A DNA stretch of 22,558 nt from positions 1-22,558 of the forward strand of contig CAJWCD010000051.1 in assembly GCA_913020725.1 (NCBI GenBank). Reading direction: 5' to 3'. The DNA is from an uncultured Pseudomonadota bacterium. Its GTDB lineage: Bacteria; SAR324; NAC60-12. Positions 7,942 to 18,000 of this stretch are shown one piece after another; the stretch's first letter is position 1, and each line of letters opens with the position of its first letter. The translations under genes were made by a program, and so were the position numbers. The notes beneath the pieces were generated by a model. The model saw nothing but the letters and a program-made list of their open reading frames with translations. It made no database searches and was not told where the DNA came from.

Positions 7942-10478
7942 CGCCTGAGTCGGCTTACTCCGTCACAGTCAACCGACCACGCCTGCTCACCCTGCCCGCA
8001 CCGGATCGCCTCGAATCGGCGCTTCCGGACACCCCAACCTGCTTGCTCACCGATGATGGCACCGCGCTGACTCCCGCCGTCGCGTCACGACTTCAGCAGG
8101 AGGGTTGGACGGTGCTGCTCTGGCGCGTTCCCGGAATCACCAACAAAACCTCCCCTCCCTTTGAAAAAGGGGAAATCCCTCCCGTCCCCCTTTTGCTAAA
8201 GGGGGGAGGCGTAGCCGGAGGGATTTCGGAACGCCGTGAGTTTCCCGCCAATCTCCAAATTCTTGAACCGGAATCGCTGGACGATTCTGCAATTGCCGCG
8301 ACCCTCGCCAAAGCCGGAGCAGCGATCGGCAGCTTCCTGCATCTGCATCCTCCCGCAAATCCGGAATCTGCTGCACTGAATCTTGATGCCGGAGCCAACA
8401 CCTTGGTGCAGCATGTCTTTTTGCTCGCCAAGCACCTTCAACCCAAACTCACTGCTCCAACGGATTCCGGACGACGGTATTTCGTCTGTGTGGTCCGTCA
8501 GGACGGGCAGTTGGGCACCTCCGGAACCGGAATCAACGCAGTGGCCGGAGGGCTTTCCGGATTGACGAAAACCCTGCAAATCGAGTGGCCCACCGCCTTT
8601 TGCCGCACCGTGGATCTTGCGCCGGAGTTGACCGCAGAGGAAGCCGCCCAACGGCTTACCGCAGAACTGGCCGATCCCGATGGACAGACGCAGGAAATCG
8701 GCTGGAGTCCGCAAGGGCGCGTGGCGTTGCTTCCAGAAATCGCGGACATGGCCCACGAGGCGCAGGTGCCTTTTCCGAAAAAACCCGTCTGGCTGGTGAG
8801 CGGCGGGGCACGGGGCGTGACCGCCGCTTGTGTGCTGGAACTCGCCCGTCGGCACCCCGGAACCTTCCTGCTGGCCGGACGCTCTCCGTTAGAAGATGAA
8901 CCACAATGGGCTTCCGGAATCGTGGAGGATGCTGCGCTTCGACAAGCTGCAATGCAAGCGCTGCAAGTCGCAGGTGAAAAACCGACCCCGGTGAAGGTTC
9001 GGCACCTCGTGGGGCGCATCAACGCAAACCGTGCCATTCGTGCCACGCTGCAACAGCTTCAGGATTCCGGCAGCACCGGAGTTTACGTCAGTGCCGATGC
9101 CACTGAGGCCACCAAACTCCGTGAGGCGATTGCTCCGCACGTTCAGCAGCAGGGTGCAATCACGGGCGTGATCCACGGCGCGGGGGTGCTAGCTGACAAG
9201 CTGATTGAAAAGAAAACCGCGCAGGATTTCGATGCGGTTGTCGGCACCAAGGCGCACGGACTCAGAGCTTTGCTGGACGCCATTGACCCAAAACAACTTT
9301 CGCACTTGCTGCTGTTCTCGTCTGCCGCTGGATTCTATGGCAACGGCGGGCAGTCCGATTACGCCATCGGCAACGAAATCCTCAACTGCGCCGCACTTGC
9401 GTTTCAGCAAAAACACCCAGATTGCCATGTGGTGTCCTACAACTGGGGGCCGTGGGAAGGCGGCATGGTTACGCCGGAACTCAAGCGCATGTTCGAGGAG
9501 CGCGGGGTGCAGGTGATTCCAGTTGCGGACGGAGTGCGCATTTTTGCCGATGCTGCTGAAAATCGCGGGCATGACCCGCTGCTATTGATTGGGAATTCGC
9601 TGGCAGCACAGTACGAGCCGCCTCCGGAAGTCAAGCGGACTCGCCGGGCTACACGGACACTGACCGCCGCACAAAACCCGGTACTCGTAGATCATATGAT
9701 TGGCGAACACGCCGTAGTTCCTGCGGTCTGTGCGTTGGGCTGGATGGCAGAGGCTGCGGAGCAACTGGCGCCTGGATACCGTCTGGAGGCCTGTGAGGAT
9801 TTTCAAGTGCTGAAGGGCATCGTCTTCGACGATTCGCTTGCAGAATACTACCAACTTGAATTGGCAGAAGTTGAGCGCGAATCTGGAACCCGCAGCGTGG
9901 TGGTGGCGACGATCACCAGTTCCGGCGGAAAACTTCCACGCCCACACTACCGCACCCGCTTGCACCTCACTAAAGCTACGGCAGATTCACCGGTGAGCAA
10001 CCTGAAAACCGGAAACTGGAAACCGGAAACCGGAAACCGAAATTTTTACAAAAACGGCACCCTCTTCCACGGTCCCAAGTTTCAGGGCATTCTGCGGGTC
10101 GGGGAACTGACTGAACAACGCTTGCTCGCCGAGTGCCGAATGCCGACATGGTCTGACACCGAGCACGGACAGTTTCGAGCACGCCCGTTCAATCCCTACA
10201 CGCTCGATCCCGCGTTTCAGGCAATGTTGGTGTGGGCACGAGCGATCCACAACGCTGGAAGTTTGCCCCTGAAATTGGCACGGCTGGAACACTTTCAGGC
10301 GATCCCCTTTGACACGTCTTACCTGCTGGATCTGCGTGTCCAGAACCACTCGTCCACAGCCCTTGTTGCCGATCTTGACCTCGTGCTGGATGACGGACAA
10401 GTTGCAGCGCGGATGCTCGGAGCAGAAGTCACGCTCAGCAAAAACCTCAATGCCCTTTTCCTCAAAACTGCGGCATGA
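7935..10478 (+). CDS. pfaA: PfaA C-terminal part in the -1 frame: KR - PKS-type DH
   Basis: -1 frame reads PLAPESAYSVTVNRPRLLTLPAPDRLESALPDTPTCLLTDDG..., which is PfaA-like upstream of the called TTG (8043); KR GGARGVT, HGAGVLADK, FSSAAGFYGN.GQSDYA; DH DHMIGEHAVVP and LFHGP.FQG. Confidence 0.9.
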   Translation, partial: PLAPESAYSVTVNRPRLLTLPAPDRLESALPDTPTCLLTDDGTALTPAVASRLQQEGWTVLLWRVPGITNKTSPPFEKGEIPPVPLLLKGGGVAGGISERREFPANLQILEPESLDDSAIAATLAKAGAAIGSFLHLHPPANPESAALNLDAGANTLVQHVFLLAKHLQPKLTAPTDSGRRYFVCVVRQDGQLGTSGTGINAVAGGLSGLTKTLQIEWPTAFCRTVDLAPELTAEEAAQRLTAELADPDGQTQEIGWSPQGRVALLPEIADMAHEAQVPFPKKPVWLVSGGARGVTAACVLELARRHPGTFLLAGRSPLEDEPQWASGIVEDAALRQAAMQALQVAGEKPTPVKVRHLVGRINANRAIRATLQQLQDSGSTGVYVSADATEATKLREAIAPHVQQQGAITGVIHGAGVLADKLIEKKTAQDFDAVVGTKAHGLRALLDAIDPKQLSHLLLFSSAAGFYGNGGQSDYAIGNEILNCAALAFQQKHPDCHVVSYNWGPWEGGMVTPELKRMFEERGVQVIPVADGVRIFADAAENRGHDPLLLIGNSLAAQYEPPPEVKRTRRATRTLTAAQNPVLVDHMIGEHAVVPAVCALGWMAEAAEQLAPGYRLEACEDFQVLKGIVFDDSLAEYYQLELAEVERESGTRSVVVATITSSGGKLPRPHYRTRLHLTKATADSPVSNLKTGNWKPETGNRNFYKNGTLFHGPKFQGILRVGELTEQRLLAECRMPTWSDTEHGQFRARPFNPYTLDPAFQAMLVWARAIHNAGSLPLKLARLEHFQAIPFDTSYLLDLRVQNHSSTALVADLDLVLDDGQVAARMLGAEVTLSKNLNALFLKTAA
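8149..8227 (+). repeat. Hairpin repeat element (one partial plus one full copy), in frame in pfaA
   Basis: cctcccctccctttgaaaaagggg, then GAAATCCCTCC-cgtcccccttttgctaaaggggggaggcgtagcc-GGAGGGATTTC. Confidence 0.85.
10006..10040 (+). repeat. Heptamer tandem array (AAACCGG)x5
   Basis: aaaccgg aaactgg aaaccgg aaaccgg aaaccga, within the pfaA DH region. Confidence 0.9.
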
Positions 10479-11608
10479 GCCAAAATTGTGATTTTCTCGT
10501 GATCGGTGCGGGCATGGCCGGAGCCTCGGTCGCCTACCACCTTGCTGAACAGGGGAGCGTCCTCGTGCTTGAACAGGAACCGCAGCCGGGCTACCACAGC
10601 ACCGGACGCTCTGCCGCGCTCTATTCCGAAACCTACGGCAACGCAGCCATTCGTGCACTCACGACGGGTTCCGGTCCTTTCTACCGCAACCCGCCGGACG
10701 GATTTGCGGAGTATCCGTTGATCCAACCACGCGGGGTGTACTGGATCGCCCGCGAGGACCAGTTGGACACCCTGCAAAAAACTTATGACGAGATTCAGAA
10801 ATTTTGTTCGACCCTGCGCAAACTCGGCCCCGCCGAAGCCTTTGAGCGCGTTCCCGTGCTGCGTCCGGATTATGTGGCTGGAGTCGTGGAGGAACCGGAG
10901 GCACAAGACCTTGATGTGGATGGCATCCACCAAGGCTTTCTGCGCGGATTGCGACAGCGCGGCGGTTCTGTGATCACCGAGGCCGAGGTGCAATCCGGTG
11001 CATTCCAAGACGGAGTTTGGAGCATTGAAGCCGAGTCCGGACGCTACACCACTCCGGTCGTGGTCAACGCAGCGGGCGCATGGGGTGATGTCGTGGCCAA
11101 ACGCTGTGGCATCGCTCCGGTTGGGCTGGTTCCGAAACGCCGCACCGCCATGCTCTTTTCACCGCCGGAGGGCATGAGTTCCCGCAACTGGCCGCTCTTC
11201 GCCGATGTCGATGAGCAATTCTACGTCAAGCCGGAGGTGGAGCATCTGCTTGGCTCACCTGCCGACGAAACGCCATCCGAGCCGTGCGATGCGCGCCCAG
11301 AGGATTGGGACCTCGCTGTTGCTGCCGAACGTATTGGGCAGGCAACCACGCTGGAAATAGAGCGCATCTCCCGAAAATGGGCCGGACTGCGCACCTTTGT
11401 TGCGGACAAGACCCCGGTGGTGGGCTACGCTCCCGCACACGAGGGCTTCTTCTGGCTCGTTGGGCAAGGCGGCTACGGCATCCAGACCGCTCCGGCCCTT
11501 TCGAGAACCGCCGCTGCGCTAGTGCTGGGCCATCCCGTTCCGGACGACCTCACCGCCTTTGGCGTCCGCGCTGATGCCTTGTCGCCGGAACGACTGATGA
11601 TCCCCTGA
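10475..11608 (+). CDS. FAD-dependent oxidoreductase, D-amino acid oxidase family (DauA-like)
   Basis: VIGAGMAGAS dinucleotide-binding motif, QPGYHSTGRSAA, VVNAAGAW, WAGLRTF, GQGGYGIQT; ATGA overlap with the pfaA stop. Confidence 0.92.
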   Translation: MSQNCDFLVIGAGMAGASVAYHLAEQGSVLVLEQEPQPGYHSTGRSAALYSETYGNAAIRALTTGSGPFYRNPPDGFAEYPLIQPRGVYWIAREDQLDTLQKTYDEIQKFCSTLRKLGPAEAFERVPVLRPDYVAGVVEEPEAQDLDVDGIHQGFLRGLRQRGGSVITEAEVQSGAFQDGVWSIEAESGRYTTPVVVNAAGAWGDVVAKRCGIAPVGLVPKRRTAMLFSPPEGMSSRNWPLFADVDEQFYVKPEVEHLLGSPADETPSEPCDARPEDWDLAVAAERIGQATTLEIERISRKWAGLRTFVADKTPVVGYAPAHEGFFWLVGQGGYGIQTAPALSRTAAALVLGHPVPDDLTAFGVRADALSPERLMIP

Positions 11609-11629
11609 GGTTTTTGCCCTTTGTGCATC

Positions 11630-11911
11630 ATGCCTGAAACACTGCAACCCTCCAAACCTGTTCCGGACACCTTGAAAGGATGCCTCTGGTCCTACGACTT
11701 TGACACACTGGATGTCGTCCAAGATGCGTGGCGGATCATCACCAACGTCCTCATCTATGGAGACATTCCGGCTCTCAAATGGCTGTTTTCCACCTATTCC
11801 CGGAAAGCCATCAGCAATGTCGTCGAGTACCCCTTTCGAGGAGAGTGGGATGCAAAGTCACTGTTTTTTTGGCCGGATATTTTCAGGTCGATCAGGAGAA
11901 AAAAACATTGA
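11630..11911 (+). CDS. Small DUF6922-like protein, 93 aa
   Basis: LWSYD...LD......II..VL.YG....LKWL...Y pattern recognised by eye; lower GC than the flanks. Confidence 0.6.
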   Translation: MPETLQPSKPVPDTLKGCLWSYDFDTLDVVQDAWRIITNVLIYGDIPALKWLFSTYSRKAISNVVEYPFRGEWDAKSLFFWPDIFRSIRRKKH

Positions 11912-12004
11912 AATCATTAGAAATCCAAAGGTAGCTCTCATCTTAGATACTGATCTTCCCAAACTCCGGGCGCAATATTTTTCAAAACCCTGATTCGACT
12001 CCCC

Positions 12005-15000
12005 ATGCCTGAACCCATTGCCATCATCGGCCTAGCCTGCCTGTTTCCGGGGGCAACCACTCCAGAGTCTTTCTGGCAGAACCTGCTTGCCGGAGCCGAC
12101 TCCCGTACCGAGGCCACCGAGCGGCAGATGCACACCGATCCTGTGTGGTTCAAGGCCGACCGCAAGGGAGTCACCGACCGCTACTACTGCACGCAGGGCG
12201 GTTACATCCACGACTTCACCTTTGACCCGGAAGGCTTTCGTGTGCCAGCAGCACGGCTGGCCGGACTTGATGATGTCTTCCAGTGGCCGCTGCACGTCGC
12301 CCGTGAGGCGTTGCGTGACGCAAACTTGCTCGATGATCTGGAACGGCTCGCCCGCTGTGGGGTGATCCTCGGCAACCTCTCATTTCCAACGAAATCCTCC
12401 AACCACCTCGCCCTGCCGCTCTATCGTGAAGCGTTGGAGCCAGTGCTGCAAGACTTGCTGGGCCGTCCGGATTTCCGGCTGCCGGGATTTTCAGAAATCC
12501 CCCCCATCCCCCCTTTGCCAAAGGGGGGAGTAGAAGGAATTTCCGCATCGGGAAAAGGTGAGGCACCGGAAAACCTCGGCATCGCCGGGAAACCCGCCAC
12601 CTTGCTTGCCGAAGCTCTTGGACTCTCCGGGCGCAGCTACGCCTTGGACGCGGCCTGCGCCTCGTCGCTCTACAGCATCGGCCTTGCTTGTCACACCCTT
12701 TGGTCGGAAAGGTCTGATCTCATGCTCGCCGGAGCGGTGAGCGCGGCAGATCCGTTTTTCGTCAACATGGGTTTTTCAATCTTTCAGGCGTATCCGGAAG
12801 TTGGAAAAAGTCGTCCGCTCGACCGCACCTCCGGAGGCTTGTTTGCCAGCGAGGGTGCAGGAATGTTTGTGCTAAAACGACTCAGCGTCGCCGAGCGCGA
12901 CGGCGACCGCATCCACGCGCTGATTTCCGGAGTCGGCCTGTCCAACGACGGGCGCGGGCAATTCGTCCTCAGTCCAAACCCCAAGGGGCAGCAGTTCGCC
13001 TTTGAACGGGCCTATGCGAGTTCCGGGGTTGATCCGCAGTCGGTGGACTACATCGAATGCCACGCCACCGGAACCCCGCTTGGCGACAAAGTGGAACTCA
13101 ATTCGATGGAGGCGTTCTTTGGTAATTCCGGCACAGTCCCGCCCATCGGCTCGGTGAAATCCAACCTTGGACATATGCTCACCGCCGCCGGAATGGGCGG
13201 AATGACGAAGGTGATCCTCGCGCTTCAACAGGGTCGGATTCCGGGAACCATCCATGTCGAGCAACCACACAGTTCCGAAAACGGAACCTTTGCTGCCGAG
13301 CAGATTCTTCGTGAAACCACCGACTGGCCACACAACCGTCCGGAACGCCGTGCCGCTGTGAGTGCCTTTGGCTTCGGGGGCTGCAACGCGCATTTGATTT
13401 TGGAAAATTCCAGAGGGGCAAAGTTCCAAAGTTCCAAAGGGGAAAGGGGAGCCACCAAACCGACCACCGACCACCGACCACCGACCACCTCCTTGGCCAT
13501 CATTGGAATGGACGGCATCTTTGGAGAATTCAACGGAATCACTGCGATCCAACGGGCCTTCCTCAATGGAGAGCAAGCTTTCCGCAGCCTTCCGGAAACG
13601 CGCTGGCGTGGCCTTGGAATTGAGAGTTCCAAAAGTGATGGAGCCTCCACCAGACCGGAAACTGAAAACCGACCACCGACCACCCTGCAAGGAGCGTGGC
13701 TGGAATCCTTTGAAATGGATTTCCTGCGCTTCAAACTGCCCCCGAACCCACAGGAGCGGCTGATCCCGCAGCAGTTGCTGACGCTGGAAGTGACCGACCG
13801 CGCACTTCAGCAGACGAGTCTGAAAGCAGGCCAGAACGTCGCGGTGCTGGTGGCGATGGAGGCCGAACTGGAACTGCACCGCTTTCGGGGTCGAGTGAAT
13901 CTTGCCAAGCAAATCGAGGACGGATTGACCGTCTCCGGAGTCACACTCAGTGCCGAACAGCAAGTGGAATTGACGAAGCTCGCGCAGGATACTTTGTTGG
14001 ATGCAGTGCCGGTCAACCAGTTCACCAGCTTCATCGGCAACATCATGGCCTCGCGCATCAGTGCGCTCTGGGATTTCTCCGGCCCGGCATTCACGATCTC
14101 TGCCGAGGAAAACTCTGCACTCAAGGCGCTGGAGGTTGCACAAATGCTACTGGAGTCCGGTGTCGTTGAGGCGGCAGTGGTGGCGGCGGTTGATCTTGCC
14201 GGGAGTGCAGAATCGGTCATGTTGCGGGGTCGGGGGATGTCGCAGGGCTGGACTCCGGGAGAAGGAGCCGGGGCCGTGGTGCTGAAACCATTGGAGCAGG
14301 CCCAAGCCGATGAGGACATAATCCATGCCGTTGTGGAAGCGGTAGCCTTCGCACGGGAGGGCACTCCGGACTCGGTGGCTGTTTCGGCAAAAATTGCTTT
14401 GGAGTCTGCTGGGTTGACAGCGGATCAAATTGGTTTGGTCTCCCTGCACACCTCCGGAATTTCGGAGGTGGATGCAGCGACAGCAACCAGCCTTCAACAA
14501 ATTTATTCCGCAGCCGTGCTTAGCAGCGCTTCCGCTCACCTCGGCCACACCTTTGCTGCTTCCGGGATGGCTGCGCTTCTGCAAACGGTGGTCGCGCTGC
14601 GGCAGCGCACGATTCCCGGAATGCCCTCTGAATCCCGTCCGTGGTTCTGCAACGCCGGAGACGAACCACGCCGCGCCGCAGTGAGCAGTTTGGGGCAGGA
14701 TGGCTGTGCGGCGCACCTCGTGTTGTCGGAAACACAAATCTGCCCCGGCCCCACTTTGGCAAAGGGGGGGGATGATTCCGTGCCGATGAAGAGGGGAGGT
14801 GCATCCGTGGTGGAAACGGGCGGCATTACGATCATGCCCTTGGTAGCTGCGGATGTTTCTGGATTGAGAACACAGCTCGATGCGCTGGTGCAGGATTTAG
14901 GAGCCAACACCGCACTGCCCAAAATGGCGCGGCAAGCGTTTGAAACGCAACGCGAGGTGCAAGGTTCGTTTGCATTAGCACTGGTCGGGGACTCGTTGGA

Positions 15001-18000
15001 GGAACTGCGGCAAGAAGCGGAAGCGGCAAAGTCCGGGATCGAGGTTGCACTTGATTCGGGAGCAGATTGGGTGACTCCACGGGGCAGCAGTTTTTCGCCG
15101 CAACCGCTGGGGCCGGAAGGCAAGGTGGCCTTCACCTATCCTGGTGGGTTCAACAGCTACATCGGCAACAGCCGCACACTCTTCCAACTGGTTCCGGAAC
15201 TCCACGATTCTATGGGTTCCTACACCAACCGACTTGCTGATTTGTTGCATGACCACAAGCTCTATCCACGCTCGTTGCAGCGGCTTTCGGAGTCGGAAAT
15301 CGAGTGCTTGCAGGACGAGTTCGTCAACACGCCGATTGCAATGTTTGAAAGCGGAATCACTACCGGAGTGCTGCACACGCAGGCATTGCGGGAGGGTTTC
15401 GGACTCGAACCGCAGCTTGCGTTCGGCTACAGCATGGGCGAGGTGACGATGATGTTCGCGCTCGGCGTCTGGGGTCCAATGGACCCGATGAGCGACCTCC
15501 TCAACGTCTCTCCGCTTTTCAAGGAACGACTCTGCGGGCCGATGAACACCGTGCGCGAGGCGTGGGAGCTTGGCCCGGACGAGTTTCGGCAGGAAACGCT
15601 TTGGCAGTGGTACACCCTCCGCAGCACTCCGGAAGCCGCCCAAGCTGCCATTGACCGGGAGGAACGCGCTTACCTGATCCTCATCAACACCCCGCAGGAG
15701 GTTGTGATGGCCGGGGAGCCTGCTGCCTGTGAGCGCGCCGCGCAAACTCTGGGTGTGGAACCACATCCAATCCAAGTCACCGATGTCGTCCACTGCGCTC
15801 CCGTCAAGGCGGACTACGATGAAGTAAAGCGCGTCCACACCAATCCGGTGGTTTCCCAACCGGACATTCGCTTCTACTCCGCTGACACCTACGATGTCAC
15901 CGAACTGGACGCAGACGGACTAGGCGACAACATCGCCCGCATCTACGGGCGCACCGTTGATTACACCAAGCTCATCGAGGCGACCTACCGCGACGGCGCG
16001 CGGATTTTCGTCGATCTCGGTCCCCGCGTGAGTTGCGCGAAATGGATTGCCGAAACGCTGGGGGAGCGTCCGCACTTGGCTGTCGGCATGAGCCGCCGAG
16101 GAGTGGACGACCGCGTGCAGGTGATCCGGACGCTGGCCCGGCTTTACAGCCACCGTGTTCCACTCGACCTCGAACGGCTCTATCCGGAAGTTCCGGAACG
16201 CCCTGCCAAGCAACTCGTGCAGACCATCACGCTCGGCGGCGAGCCGATTCAGACGATTTGCGTGGAGGAAAACCGGGCGAAGTTCCGGGTAGCAGAAACA
16301 TTGGATTCACCGCAGAGGCGCGAAGAACACAGAGAAAATCCCCCCCGGCCCTCCTTTGCCAAAGGGGGGAGTGCTGCGTTGGTAGCGCAGGGCGGCGCAC
16401 CCGTGCTTGTCGGAGGACTTGGTGCTTATCCACATCAGGTCGATTCCGCGCATTCCGCCTTTCTTGGTCTGCGGCACGAAGGGCTGCGCCAAATGGCGGC
16501 GGCGATCCAACAACAAATGGGAAATCCTCAAGAAATCCCCCCCAACCCCCCTTTGTCAAAGGAGGGAGATGGCGATCACCCCGCAACCAAACCAAGCACC
16601 GAGCACCTCGCACCGAAAACCGAGCCTCCAATCTTCGACAAACAGGACTTGCTGGAATTCGCAGGCGGGAAGGTCGCCAATGTCTTTGGTCCAGAATACG
16701 CCGAGTACGACACTTTTCGGCGCTGTGTGCGGTTGCCGATGGAACCGTACCTGCTGGTGAGCCGTGTCACCAAGCTCGCTGCCAAGCGTGGTGTGCTTGA
16801 GCCTTCGACGATCACCACCGAGTACGACATTCCGGAAGATGCTTGGTACTGCACCGACGGGCAAATCCCGTGGGCGGTGGCGGTCGAGTCCGGACAGTGC
16901 GATTTGTTGTTGATCAGCTACCTTGGCATTGATTTCGAGAATCAGGGCGAACGCGTTTACCGTCTGCTCGACTGCACCCTCACCTACCTCGCAGACATGC
17001 CCCGCGCCGGGGAGACACTACGCTACGACATCTGTATCGATTCCTTCGCCCGTAGCGGCGGGACGCTGCTGTTCTTTTTCCGCTACGAATGCTTTGTCGG
17101 TGAGCGCATGGTGATGCGCATGGATGGCGGCTGTGCAGGTTTCTTCACCAACGAGGAACTGGCGGAAGGCCAAGGCGTGATTCGCACCGCCGCCGAAGTG
17201 GGGGCGCGGGCCAACGCTCGTAAGCTGCACTTCGAGCCGCTGCTGCGCTGCGAGAAAACCACCTTCACCCGCGAGGAATTGCTGGCACTCAGTTCCGGGA
17301 ATCCCGCACGCTGTTTTGGGGCGCACTACGCCCAGCCGGGGCGCAACCCCTCTTTGAAAACGGCTCCGGAACAGTTCCTCATGCACGACCGCATCGTCAA
17401 GCTCGACCGCAGCGGCGGACCGTGGGGTTGCGGCTTGGTGATCACTGAAAAAGACCTCGCTCCGGATCACTGGTATTTTCCTTGTCATTTCAAGGACGAT
17501 CCGGTGATGGCCGGTTCGCTGATGGCCGAGGGTTGTGTGCAGTTGATGCAGTTTTTCATGCTCGATCTTGGGCTGCAAACGCACACGCAGGACGCAACCT
17601 TCCAGCCGATCCACGGCATGTCGCAGATCGTGCGCTGCCGAGGGCAAGTGATTCCCAGTGATCCAAGGCTCACCTACCGCATGGAGGTCAAGGAAATCGG
17701 ACTCGAGCCGATCCCCTATGCCCTTGCCGACATTGACATCCTGCTCGGCGACCGCATTGTGGTGGACTTCCGCAACCTCGGTGTGCAGTTGGTTGAGAAG
17801 GGCAGCAGCTTCCGGCTCACCCAACAATGGTTCGAGCAGAACCCCGACCGTCCGGCGTTGAAATCCCCCCTCAATCCCCCCTTTGCCAAAGGGGGGGAAG
17901 CGAAGCCGGGGGGATTTTTCCCTAATGAAAGAGGAGAGTTGCTAGCACAAACCGCAAACCGCACACCGCAAACCAAAAACATCGCAGACGACGCGCAACT

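Noticed and set aside
8043..8045. TTG start of an independent 811-aa KR protein
   Set aside because: No evident RBS, and PfaA-like sequence extends upstream to the A-run; better explained as a frameshifted continuation.
12872..15859. Long - strand ORFs (12872..14143, 14975..15859)
   Set aside because: Antisense to the well-supported pfaBC.
8149..17978. Repeats as a CRISPR array or inteins
   Set aside because: Irregular kb-scale spacing, no unique spacers or cas genes, far too short for inteins and no splice motifs.
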